A DNA stretch of 64,000 bases from Eledone cirrhosa (lineage: Eukaryota), in contig OZ024742.1 of the NCBI GenBank assembly GCA_964016885.1, positions 173,414,001 through 173,478,000 of the forward strand, written 5' to 3'. The first letter of the stretch is position 1. Each line of letters starts with the position of its first letter. Made by a program: the position numbers and the translations under genes. The notes under the pieces are model-generated. The model did no database searches. It had not been told where the DNA came from and was given only the letters and a program-made list of their open reading frames with translations. Positions 24,304-36,739 of this stretch are shown here, piece by piece.

Positions 24304-26436
24304 TTACCGTACTTTTGGTAGAGGAGGGATGGTTTTTACATCCCTTTTCACTTGATCGTCTGGTGAAGGGACCGTTGAATCGTCCCTTCGGCTGGTCGTC
24401 GGCTCTTCTAAGAGAATGTCTGAGTATACTCTTTGGTTGATGGTTCCTCCTAGGTCCCTGAAATCACCAACTGCGTTGGGGAATTTCGTTTTAATGTTTG
24501 TGTATTGTTTCTGTGCTATTTTTAGCAGTCTTATGTTAGTTGGCGTTTTGATTGGTGCTGGTATTATGTAGTCCTGTTGTGAAATGTCTGTGTGTTCAAT
24601 TATGTAAGTCATTAGTTTCTTGTTGTGTGTATTTATTGCCGTGCATTTGTTTTTCTGGGGGTGGGGTGTGGTTCTGCTATTTTCTTGTCGTTGTTGCTGG
24701 GTGTGTGTGTTTTGTTGTTGTGTTTGCGATGTTGGTGCTTGTGGTGGTGGTGTTGAAGGTGTTGTTGGCGGTGGGGTTGTCGCCGGTGGTGATGGTGGTG
24801 CTAGTGTGGGTGGTGATGGTGTTGGTGTTGTTGCTGCTGTGGGTCTCTTTGCAGTAGACTTTACCCTTTTCTCATTTCTTTCCTCCCTTTTCAAAGGCGA
24901 CGATGCGCTGCTTCTGCGTTTGTGCCTTCTTACGACCTTTTGCCATCTCTCTCCCACCTCACACTCCATGTCTGATTCTGTGAGGTCGGGGAGGGGTACC
25001 AACTCCACTCTTTCACTTGTTGTTGTTGGTGATGTTTGCACTGGAGTCTCTGTTGCAGCTGCATTTGGTATTGCTGTTGTTGTTGTTAGTATTTCCACTG
25101 CTGCTGCTGTTTTTGATTTCCGTGGAGTGGGTATGGGTGCCACGGGCCTATCGTTCCTGGTTGCCGCTTGTCCTGTTGCTGGTAGCCGTGGAGCCGGATT
25201 CGGAAGGAGGGGGGTTTTCTCCTTTCTCAGGGTCTTCTCGTTGCAGAAGGCCCTGAGGTGAGTCTTCGATCCACAGCGAAAGCATTTCGGGCGTTTGCCC
25301 TCAACACTTATGGGCAGTTGAGTGCCGTTATCGAAGTCTATCACATCCGGGATAGCTTCGATGCACTCCTGGTTGGTTTGGATTAGCATCTCAATGGAGG
25401 AGCCGACCCAATCTTCTCTTACTTTTTTCTGTACTTGCAGTACAGTTGTTTTGTCCTCGATTCCGACGAGGACAGACGCGGCCAGCCAAGAAGGGGTCAT
25501 TCCGGGGGGGACGTGGGTCAGTTTGACCCTCACAATTTTTTGCCCACAGTAGGAGGGCACCAACACCATTTCCTCGCTCCTTAGGGTCACTACTGATTGG
25601 GCCTTTGCCTCCTGGGGTGTGGCAAAAAGTACGTCTACAGTGGCATATTTTTTGCCTCGGGTGACGTGCGTTTTCCGCTCCCACACAGACCCCAAGGCTT
25701 TTTGTATTTGGGCCTCTGTGGCTCTTTCCACCCTACGGGATTTTGTACTTACTGTACGGTACGTGACCGTACAGTGCTCTTGGGTTTCGAAAAAATGTTT
25801 CGCTGCCTTGCAGATTGCTCGGTGTCCGTTCTTTGTCACCATCTTCTTCGCTTCCTCTAATTCCTCATTTGTTATGAGGATTGTTTCCAAGTTTTTCGCA
25901 ATACCTGCAAATGAGATTGGTTTTTCTCTGCTGTTGTTGTTGCCGTCAGAGCTGCTGGTACTTTTGTTGTTGCTGCAGGTACTACGACTACTGCCTCCGC
26001 CGCTGTTGCTGTGGTTGTTGTTGGTGTTGCTGCTGCTAATGCTGTTGTTGTTTATGCTGCTGGTGATGCTGTTGCGGCTGCTACTGTTGTTTTCATTGTC
26101 ACTGTTGCTGTTGTTATTACGGCTGCTACTGCTATTATTCCTGACGTCAGACGAATGAACTGGGTTTTCGTATTTCCCGCACACCTCTTTCGTCGCTGTC
26201 GTCGTCGTCGTGGAGAAACCTTGCACGCTTTGCACGAGACTTTTCTTTTCTTTCGTCGCTTGCGAAAGAGAAGGGAGGGAGAGAGACACATTTAAAGAAG
26301 GGAGGGAGAGAGACAATCTTCTCTCTGCTGTAGTGATGATTGAGGAAGAAGAAGACGGAATGAGTGGGAGTGACGTATGAAATTTCTTTTTCGTAGCCAT
26401 GTTCTTTTTTTGTTTAAAATGAAATTTTGGGTACAA
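24304..26436 (-). CDS. Tx1 ORF1 nucleic-acid-binding protein (up to 710 aa)
   Basis: Long open frame with Ser/Asn-rich N-terminus, SFAGIAK motif, CFRCGSKTHLRAFC zinc knuckle and a Pro/Thr-rich linker. Likely start is MATKKK at 26400. Confidence 0.9.
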   Translation of the reverse strand: MYPKFHFKQKKNMATKKKFHTSLPLIPSSSSSIITTAERRLSLSLPSLNVSLSLPSLSQATKEKKSLVQSVQGFSTTTTTATKEVCGKYENPVHSSDVRNNSSSSRNNNSNSDNENNSSSRNSITSSINNNSISSSNTNNNHSNSGGGSSRSTCSNNKSTSSSDGNNNSREKPISFAGIAKNLETILITNEELEEAKKMVTKNGHRAICKAAKHFFETQEHCTVTYRTVSTKSRRVERATEAQIQKALGSVWERKTHVTRGKKYATVDVLFATPQEAKAQSVVTLRSEEMVLVPSYCGQKIVRVKLTHVPPGMTPSWLAASVLVGIEDKTTVLQVQKKVREDWVGSSIEMLIQTNQECIEAIPDVIDFDNGTQLPISVEGKRPKCFRCGSKTHLRAFCNEKTLRKEKTPLLPNPAPRLPATGQAATRNDRPVAPIPTPRKSKTAAAVEILTTTTAIPNAAATETPVQTSPTTTSERVELVPLPDLTESDMECEVGERWQKVVRRHKRRSSASSPLKREERNEKRVKSTAKRPTAATTPTPSPPTLAPPSPPATTPPPTTPSTPPPQAPTSQTQQQNTHTQQQRQENSRTTPHPQKNKCTAINTHNKKLMTYIIEHTDISQQDYIIPAPIKTPTNIRLLKIAQKQYTNIKTKFPNAVGDFRDLGGTINQRVYSDILLEEPTTSRRDDSTVPSPDDQVKRDVKTIPPLPKVR

Positions 26437-26634
26437 AACCCCAATAACTGGTTATTTAACCCCGAAGGGCCAAATAACGGACAGAAAGACCCCTCTCACG
26501 AGGAGGAGGGTGTCTTTATCAACAATTTGGTTCAAGTTTTAAACAATTTACAATTGTTTTAACGGTTAAAAATTACTATACCTTACAGAGCCTAGCCTCC
26601 GTCAACCATGGCATTCAATAATAATAATAATAAT

Positions 26635-27718
26635 AGAAATGGATAGGAAGACTAGGAAGCTATTGATTATTTACAACATGTTCCACAAGAGGATTGATCT
26701 CGATAGACTCTACTTAAGGAGATCTGAGGGTGGAAGAGGTTTTATCAGCATAGAGGACTGTGTTCAGATCGAGAAGAACAACCTACACAAATACGTGACT
26801 GATAGTAAGGAGCCAATGCACAGAACTGTACTGAAGGAGAGGACAATAGACAAGGGGATATCCAGGGAGGAAATAACAACAAGGAGAATGAGCAGCCTTC
26901 ATGAAAAATCCCTTCATAGTACTTTCTTTGAGAAAACTGAATTCAGAGATCCAAAGACATGGAACTGGTTAAAAAGAGGAGACCTTAGAAAGGTTACAGA
27001 AGGAATGTTAATGGCTGCGCAAGAGCAGGCCCTCAAAACGAAGTGGTTGAAACACCATATTTACAAGGAGGGGGCTAGCCCACTGTGCAGGATATGTGGA
27101 GAGAGGAGACTGTGGCTCACATTGTATCCGAGTGTAAACACCTAACCCAGACTCACTATAAGGGTTGGAGACATGATGTGATGGGCAGGGTGATCCACTG
27201 GCACCTATACAAAGTAAACAATTTACCACATTCTGAGAAGTGGTATGAGCATAAGCCAGAGGTGTTGATAGAAAACGATCAGGTGAAGGTGCTGTGGGAT
27301 TTTAGGATAGAGACGGACAAGAAACTGGAACACAATAGACCTGACCTGTTGGTTGTGGACAAAGAAAAAAAATCGTGCCTGAATGTGGATGAGGCCTGCC
27401 CATTCGACACGAGAGTGCAAGAGAAGGAGACGGAGAACATTAACCGATACCAGGACATAAAGTGGGAGGTAAAAAGGATTTGGAACTCAAAGTGGTCCCG
27501 ATTGTCATAGGCGCACTAGGTACTATCTCAAAAAGTTTCCAGGGATGGTTAAAGAAAATTGGCCCCGCCACGCTTTTTGGAACGCTTCAAAAGGCATGCT
27601 TGCTGGGAACAGCAAGAACCCTCCGATACGTCCTGAATATTTGAGGCTGCAGGTAGTGGCTTGATATTCATTTCAACAATCTTTCCAGTTAACTAACATC
27701 AATGACTGAGGGTCAAAG
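26635..27718 (+). mobile_element. R4/Dong-like family A, 5'-truncated, frameshifted
   Basis: MDRKTRKLL...RPDLLVVDK...TLRYVLNI. (AAT)n flanks. Confidence 0.93.
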
Positions 27719-27721
27719 AAC

Positions 27722-27784
<63 letters not shown>

Positions 27785-27786
<2 letters not shown>

Positions 27787-29980
27787 TTTCACGTATTAAC
27801 CACAACGGCCGACATGTAGGGGACAATACAAAGACAGGGACAGTGGGGGTTTACAATAAGGTCGAGTAAAAGTGCACAATGGCAAGACTAATTTAACAAT
27901 GAAAATATAAAAATATAAAATAAACTATGCATCAATATAACAAAATAAAGTCCCCGATACGGGTGGACAACCCTGGGGTGATTCGGGTACCCCGCCAATC
28001 CTGAACCACCCTGCGCTTCTAGGGCACCCAGGGAGAGAACCCCTCTCCTCAAGTTAGCTATCCTATAGGCGCATGGTCAGAGTAGGCCCATTTACACGAG
28101 CCATTCTCGCCACATTCACCCACCTTTTAGCAAATGTACTGGGGGGCAGCACTTCTCTCTCCACCATCACATTCCTTTCCAGGTGAAACGTGAAGAAGTT
28201 GATGAGGGATTGGCCGAAGAGAAAACTGTCTGTCTTTAGTCCTTTCAACTTGGTCCACCATATAATCTCATTCGCAACTGCCACCAGACCGAGGAAAATT
28301 TCCTACTCTTCCTGACCTAAGGAAGGCGGTGGATCGATCTTAACTATGGACTCGGCCGATAACCGGATTCGTTCTACACGCGACAGTTGCTGTTCGACAT
28401 AACTCCACAAGTCAGTAATGCACGGACATTGGACAAGTGCGTGCAGAATGGTTTCGCCATTCTGTGCGCATCTTGGGCACATCCGTCTGACAGCACTTCC
28501 GTGCCTGTAGAGTTTATCCCGAACCGGCAGTGCCCCCCGGTAGCACTGCCAAGCGAGGGATATCTTGAAATTATCCATCGTCCCCGGCTCAAAAGTCCTC
28601 CGGTACAGATTGGTCAGTTCGACTTCGTCAAGACCCAAAGCTTCTCCGAGTGCGTCAACGCACTTGCCCATCACTAATCCTCTATAGAACTCGAGAGTGG
28701 AAGTTCCACTGATCGCATTGCCCGCTTGGTAGAGGGCAGTGAGTGCCTGGCAACATTCCAGGTACCAGTCACCCAGTCTCGGTCTCTTCTTGACCCAGGA
28801 CTGCAGCTCGGTCAAATAAATGAGCTGCGGAAAGACCCGTCTGATAAACGGCGACCACACCTGTTCACCGTTGAGGCATAATATCTGGAGATGTCGTAGC
28901 CTCAACGCATGTCTGCGCATCATTAGCCACGGCATGCCCAGCCCTCCTCGTAGAGGGTGCTGGCAGCAGATGGACCGCCTCACCAACGGAACTTGTCCCC
29001 TCCACAAGAATTTGAAGAGGAGCCGTTCCAACTTGACGAGGCGCGGACGGGGGCTAGGCACAACGGTCAGGCGGTAGTAGGTGACGGACGCGATGTACGC
29101 ATTCGCCACCTCCGCGCGACCTTTCAGTGATAGCTTCCTTCCAGCCCATTTTTGGGTGAGACTAGCTACTCTGCTCGTTACCTCGTCCCAATTCTTTTCC
29201 ACCTGGAGGTCTGGTCCGAACCAAACCCCAAGCAACTTTACCGGTCCGTCCGTCCAGTGCCCCACGACGCTGTTGGACGGCATGGGCTTGCCTCTCCAGG
29301 TCCGAGCTGCAAGCCCGCCGACTTTTCCGGGTAAATTTTGGCTCCTGTCAACCTTTCATATTCCTTCAATAAGGTGCCGACCACCTCGATTTCTGAGGTG
29401 TTCGACACCATGACGGTGATGTCGTCCGCATAAACCGACACCGCCTTTCCATGTCCCGGCTCCAGCGGGATTCCCTGCAACAGCTCCAACTTCCGCTCGA
29501 GAGACAATACGTACAGAAGGGAAGAGAGAGGGCACCCATGACGGACCGATCGTGAGAGCCGAAATGGTTCCGAGAGGTGGCCATTAACCTTGACCACCGA
29601 GCGTGTGCCGCTGTGCATTGCAACGATCCAGCTTCTAAAGACAGGGCCGAAGCCAGCTGCTTTGAGGACAAACTCCAGATACCGATGGTCGATCCTATCG
29701 AATGCTTTCGATTGATCTAAATTGATCAGTGACCCACCGAAGCCAGATTTACAACCTACCCTCTCTATGATGTATCGCATGAGGTGGAGATTGTCGTGAA
29801 TGGACCTGGCTGGGATTGCGCAAGTTTACGCCTCCCCAACCAAATACTCGACGACAAGCGCCAATCTCTTTGCTAACACCATGGCCAAAATCTTAAATTC
29901 TGTGTTGAGCAGAGTTATGGGCCTGAAGTTGACTAATGTATCCCTCTTGTTCTCGTCTTTCCTTATCAGCGTCACCACTC
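27785..29980 (-). mobile_element. Tx1/L1-clade family D, 5'-truncated
   Basis: ORFs 29238-29780 (YADD) and 28303-29283. 3'UTR matches 18135-18390. Confidence 0.92.
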
Positions 29981-29989
29981 AATAATAAT

Positions 29990-31235
29990 GATTTCTTTAT
30001 TAACCACAAGGGTTTACATAAAGTAGACATTAAGGACAATGCAGGACAATACAGGACGGTACAAATGGGCATTTCTGCGTGTAAAAAACAAAAACAGAGT
30101 ATGTAACAAAAAAATAACAAATGAAAAATTCCCCAATAGGGTGGAGACTTCGGAGGGACATTTGTGGAGAAAGCCCAGTAAAAGGCCACAGTGACCCTGA
30201 CAACCAAGGCAAGTGCCCTCACCCAGTTTTCCACCTTTAATTTACAGACACACACTCAGAGTAGGCCCATTCACTCGGGCTATTCTTGCTTCTCTCACCC
30301 ATCTTTCAACAAAATCCTGGGAAGAGAGCACTTCCCTCTATACCCTGATTTTCCTCTTCAAATGAAATTTTAAAAAGTCAATCAGGGCATCACCGAAGAG
30401 GTAAGTGCCCGCAACACCCCTTTCAAACGTGTCCACCATACTATCTAGTTTGCCATGGCCACCAGACAGATAAAAACTGCCTGCCCTTCCCGGCTAAAGG
30501 AGGAGGGCGGGGCAATGCTCACGATGGACTCAGCTGATAGCAGGATCCGTCCTACACGCGACAGCAGATGTTCGACATGAACCCACAAGTCAGCAATTCT
30601 CGGACACTGGACGAGTGCGTGCAGGACGGTTTCGTCGCCCTGCGCGCATCTCTGACATGCCTGGCTGACGGCACCTCCATACCTGTTGAGTTTATCCCGA
30701 ACTGGCAATGCTCCTCGGTAGCACTGCCAGGCCAGAGATTTCTGGAAGTTGTCCATAGGCCTCGGCCCGAAAGTTCTTCCGAAGAGATTGGCTAGTTGAA
30801 ATTCTTCGACGCCTAGAGTTTCTCCAAGTACGTCGTCGCTCTTCCCCTCCACTAATCCTCTTTAGAACGCCGATGTGGAGTTTCCACCGATCACATTGCC
30901 CGATTGGTCGAGGGTTGTGAGCGCCTGAAGACATTCCAGTCTCCAAGCGCTCCCTCTCGGTCTTCACTTGACCCAGGACTGCAGCTCCATCAAGGAGACG
31001 ATCTGGGGAAAGACGTGTCTAGCAAGCAGACCACACCTGATCACCGTCGAGGAAGATGTGGAGATGTCGTAGCCTGATCGCGTGTCTGCGCATCATCATC
31101 CACGGCAGGCTTAGCCTTCTACGTAGCGGGTGTTGACAACAGATCGACCGCATGACTATCGGAGCGCGTCCCTTCCACAAAAAGCGAAAGAGCAAACGCT
31201 CAAGCGCAGTCAGGCGGGGCTTAGGACAAGGTACG
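29990..31235 (-). mobile_element. Tx1/L1-clade family C, short 5'-truncated copy
   Basis: Matches 20596-21847. (AAT)n flanks. Confidence 0.92.

Positions 31236-31328
<93 letters not shown>
31236..31328. repeat. Long perfect (AAT)n spacer
   Basis: Direct reading. One of about 15 AAT tracts separating elements. Confidence 0.97.
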
Positions 31329-31332
<4 letters not shown>

Positions 31333-33222
31333 TGTCATTCAGTATGAGGACATGGAGAACGACACTCCTTTTGAATAGTGAAACAAAATCACTGGAAGCT
31401 GGAGAAGTTAACATTAATTGTGGAATTTTTCAGGGTGACTCTTTATCACCGCTTTTATTCTGCATCGCACTTATACCATTAAGTAAAATGCTCAATGAAA
31501 CAAAACATGGATATAGAGTCTATGACAAAACCATTAATCACCTGTTCTACATGGATGACCTGAAACTATTTGCAAAAAATGATGAACAATTGCAAGGGCT
31601 ATTATCCACTGTGAAGCAGTTCAGTGATGACATTAAAATGGAGTTTGGACTGGATAAATGCGCCAAAGCAACGTTCACCAGAGGAAAGCTGCTGAAGAGT
31701 TCAGACATTAATCTTGATCGGGGGAACGTGATAAGAGAGCTTGATCAAGAACAAACTTACAAATATCTAGGTGTTTGTGAAGGAGACGGAATCAAGCACT
31801 CGACAATGAGGGAAAGGATAAGGAAGGAATGTTACCGCAGAGTCAGAGCAATCTTAAGAACGGAATTGAATGCAAGGAATAGGATCGATGCCATAAACAC
31901 GCTTGCCATACCAGTAGTAACCTACAGTTACAATGTCATCAACTGGTCAAGCACAGAGATCCGTAGGCTCGATACAAAAATCCGAAAATTCTTAACCATG
32001 CACAGAATGCATCACCCTAAGGCAGACATAGATAGAATATATCTCCCTAGGAAAGAAGGAGGACGTGGGTTAATCCAGTTAGACATTGCGTTGAAAACTG
32101 CAACAATTGGATTATCCACATATCTAAGGGAATCACATGATTGGATGATCAAACTCGTTTTGAAACACGAAAGCACCAAAAGATCATATTTCATTACAAA
32201 AGATGCACAAAGATACAGTAATGGACTACAAATTTCAGAAGTCCCATTTACTGCTGAAATGGAAAACACAGAAAAAGCAAAGCAGGTAAAAGTAACTGCA
32301 AAGAAAGAACTGCTACAGAAACTGGCTAAGAAATGGCAAGAAAAGCCTCTGTATGGAAAATACCCAGAGCGAACTAACAATCCTGATGTTGACAAAACTT
32401 TAACCCATCAGTGGTTGGCATCCTCTGGACTGAAATCGGAGACTGAAGGACTGATTATATCCGCACAAGATCAGTGTCTGCCAACAAAAAATTACCAAGC
32501 CAACATAATAAAAAATGGGTGCAGCCCACTATGCCGTGTATGCAAAAAACAACCAGAGACCATTGACCATATAATTTCAATGTGCAGTCCTATAGCTCCA
32601 ACCGAATACCTAAACAGGCATGACAGAGCTGCACAATACATACATTGGATAATGTGTAAGCATTTTGACCTGCCCCATCAAAAGAATTGGTGGGAGCATC
32701 AACCACCTCCCATACTTGAAAAAGATCACATCTCAATCTTGTGGAACTTTAGAATCCAAACAGACCGAAAAATAGATGCAAATAGACCTGATATAATATT
32801 GAAGGACTTTCAAAGGAGGGTATGTCTGTTCCAATAGACAAGAATGTATCTATAAAAACATTTGAAAAATTGAGCAAGTATAAGGACCTGGAGATAGAAA
32901 TTGGAAAAATGTGGAAATTGAGAACTAAAACAATACCAGTGGTTGTAGGCGCTCTGGGAATGATACCTAAGGGGTCTAACGACTACTTATCGCAAATCCC
33001 AGGAAACCCGCGTATAGGAGAAATACAAAAGATAGTACTAATGGGAACTGCCCATATACTAAGGAAGATCCTGTCAATATAAGTACATCACAAGTCTAAA
33101 CACTAAGGATGCATGTGTGAATATGTGTGTTCTTTCTTGAACATGGCGGACCTTGTTGTCTCTTGAGGTCACTGGTTGTGACTTGGTGATAACTCGTATA
33201 AACATAAAGCAAGATAAATGCA
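31329..33222 (+). mobile_element. R4/Dong-like family B, 5'-truncated, young
   Basis: Open RT-CCHC-RPD frame to 32837. One short deletion near 32824 shifts the endonuclease frame (32822-33082). Confidence 0.94.
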
Positions 33223-33241
33223 AATAATAATAATAATAATA

Positions 33242-36200
33242 AACGAGGTAAATTGTAACACTTCGAATCCCTGGGTTGGGGCGGAATCACTGACAACAGA
33301 ACAAATTAAAGAAAGGATCGAAAAACTGGAGGGAGTGCATGCTCAAGATGAAACTCAAAATGAAAACAATGAGATCGTAAATGATAAAGAAATGAATGAG
33401 AATGAACTTGCCAACTTGAAGGATGAAATTTTGATCGAATGGATGAAAATGAAAGAATCTGACACGGGGGAACGAGACACCCTCCCTAAGATCCAGAACA
33501 CCAAACAGAACCAAAAGATAATACACAAGATTAACATAATTCTCAAAAACATTATCATCACAAACAAACTAAACATTACTGATTTAAATCATCTCTATTA
33601 TGCATCGGCTAAAGTCACCACTCACTTATGTGGAGTGAAAATGAAAAAACAAAGGAATTCCCACAAGAAATCTACTTGGCAAGAGAACATCAATTGCCAA
33701 ATAAACCTTCTCCGATCTGACATATATATTTTAAACAACTATAAAGTAGGTGAACATGTTAAACAAACTAAACTTAGAAAATTGAAAAGAAAGTACAGTA
33801 TAAAATCAACAAGTGACATAGACATGCTGATAGAAATAATCAAGCAAAAAGTGTCGGCCAAAGCTGCTCGTATAAAGCGCTTTGAAAACGATCTAGATTC
33901 TATAAGGACAATAATATGTTCGAAAACAACCAAAGAAGCTTCTACAGAAAAATTGGTAAGTCAACAATAACTGCTCTATCAATACCACCCAAGGAGGAAG
34001 TGCAAGAATTCTGGGAAAAGACCAGGGCCGAAGAAAAAGTTCATAATATATATGCCCCATGCACAGGCTACAATTGAAAGATACAGCCCACCTTGAGGAA
34101 CAAATATGGGAAAATATAACAGTTGAACAGTTGCGTTTGGCTCTTAGAAAAACCAACTAATGGAAATCCCCAGGAAAAGACAAAATACAAAGTTTTTGGA
34201 TAAATGCCTTCACAGAGTCTCATGAGCTGTTAGCCCAACTTTACAATGAAATAGGTAAGGAGCCAGAAAAGATACCATCATGACTATTTAACAGCATTAC
34301 ATTCCTGCTTCCGAAGAATGATGCGACAAACAATCCCAAAAATTACAGACCGATAACTTGCATGACCACAATGTATAACATTTTAACATCAGTCCTAACT
34401 GAATATACGTATGACCACGTGATAACAAATGACCTATTTCCCATTGAGCAGAAAGGGTGTAAACAAGGCTCATATGGCTGTAAGGATCAGCTTTTGGTTA
34501 ACAAAATGATACTGGAAGATTGTCATAATAGACACAAAAATTTATCAATTGCTTGGATAGATTATAAAAAAAGCATTCGATAGTGTGGCACACAGTTGGA
34601 TTAAAAATGTTTAGAGATGTTCAAAATATCTCCCGTTGTCAGGAGGTTTTTGTCATTCAGTATGAATACATGGAAAACGACACTCCTTTTGAATAGTGAA
34701 ACAAAATCACTGGAAGCTGGAGAAGTTAATATTAATTGTGGAATTGTTCAGGGTGACTCTTTATCACCGCTTTTATTCTGCATCGCACTTATACCATTAA
34801 GTAAAATGCTCAATGAAACAAAACATGGATATAAAGTCTAATCACTTGTTCTACATGGATGACCTGAAACTATTTGTAACAAACGATGAACAATTGCAAG
34901 GGCTATTATCCACTATTATCCAGTTCAGTGATGACATTAAAACGGTGTTTGGACTAGATAAATGCGCCAAAGCAACGTTCACCTGAGGAAAGCTACTGAT
35001 AAGTTCAGACATTAATCTTGACCGGGGGGAGTGTGATAAGAGAACTTGATCAAGAGGAAACTTACAAATATCTAGGTGCTTGTGAAGGAGACGGGATCAA
35101 GCACTCGACAATGAGGGAAAGGATAAGGAAGGAATGTTACCGCAGAGTAAGAGCAATCTTAAGAACGGAATTGAATGCAAGGAATAGGATCGATGCCATA
35201 AACACGCTTGCCATACCAGTAGTAACCTACAGTTACAATGTCATCAACTGGTCAAGCACAGAGATCCGTAGGCTCGATACAAACATTCGAACATTCTTAA
35301 CCATGCACAGAATGCATCACCCTAATGCAGATACAGATAGAATATATCTCCCTAGGAAAGAAGGAGGACGTGGGTTAATCCAGTTAGATATTACGTTGAC
35401 AACTGCAACAATTGGATTATCTACATATCTAAGGGAATCACATGATTGGATGATCAAACTCGTTTTGAAACACGAAAGCATCAAAAGATTACAAAAGATG
35501 CACAAAGATACAGTAATGGACTACAAATTTCAAAAGTCCCATTTACTGCTGAAATGGAAAACACAGAAAAAGCAAAGCAGGTAAAAGTAACTGCAAAGAA
35601 AGAACTGCTACAGAAACTGGCTAAGAAATGGCAAGAAAAGCCTCTGTATGGAAAATACCCAGAACGAGCTAACAATCCTCATGTTGACAAAACTTTAACC
35701 CATCAGTGGTTGGCATCCTCTGGGCTGAAATCGGAGACTGAAGGACTGATTGTAGCAGCACGAGATCAGTGTCTGCCAACAAAAAATTACCAAGCCAACA
35801 TAATAAAAAATTGATGCAGCCCATTATGCCGTGTATGTAAAAAAAACAACCAGAGACCATTGATCATATAATTTCAGTCCTATAGCTCCAACCAAATACC
35901 TAAACAGGCATGACAGAGCTGCACAATACATACATTGGATAATGTGTAAGCATTTCGACCTGCGCCATCAAAAGAATTGGTAGGAGCATCACCCACCTCC
36001 CATACTTGAAAAAGATCACATCTCAATCTTGTGGAACTTTAGCATCCAAACAGGCCGAAAAATAGATGCAAATATACCTGATATAATACTGAAGGACTTT
36101 AAAAAGAGGGTATGCCTGCTAATTGATATGTCCGTTCCAATAGACAAGAATGTATCTATAAAAATATTTGAAAAATTGAGCAAGTATAAGGACCTGGAGA

Positions 36201-36529
36201 TAGAAATTGGAAAAAATGTGGAGATTGAGAACTAAAACAATACCAGTGGTTATAGGCGCTCTCGGAATGATACCTAAGGGGTCTAATGTTTACATATCGC
36301 AAATCCCAGGAAACCCGCGTATAGGAGAAATACAAAAGATAGTACTAATGGGAACTGCCCATATACCAAGAAAGATTCTGTCAATATATGTACATCTCAT
36401 GTCTAAACACCTAAAGATGCATGTGTGAGTATGTATGTTCTTTCTTGAACATGGCGGATCTTGTCTCTTGAGGTCACTGGTTGTGACTTGGTGATAACTC
36501 GTATGAACATTGGCAAGATAAATGCAACT
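33242..36529 (+). mobile_element. R4/Dong-like family B, longest copy, decayed
   Basis: N-terminal region (ERDTLPKI, DLNHLYYASA) plus RT and RLE fragments with many stops. Confidence 0.92.
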
Positions 36530-36549
36530 GTAATAATAATAATAATAAT

Positions 36550-36694
36550 GATATATTTATTGGCTACAATGGCTGACACAAGAAAAACATTACGGACGGT
36601 ACAGGACGGTACAGGACGGTACGATGTGGGTTTTGTGCGTGTAAAGATGTTTATGATTTATGTAAGTAACGAAAAAGAAAAAGAAAGACATAGA

Positions 36695-36739
<45 letters not shown>

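Larger units (their letters stand above)
20596..26615 (-). mobile_element. Tx1/L1-clade family C, full length, young (ORF1 type 2)
   Basis: Intact ORF1, ORF2 with few lesions, 3'UTR shared with 5970 and 29990, (AAT)n flanks. Confidence 0.95.

Noticed and set aside
24552-26295. Long + strand ORFs opposite Tx1 ORF1
   Set aside because: Antisense shadows of low-complexity codon repeats.
31152-31330. N-terminal extension of the 561-aa ORF
   Set aside because: Read-through from antisense Tx1 sequence across an (ATA)n tract, not a real fusion protein.
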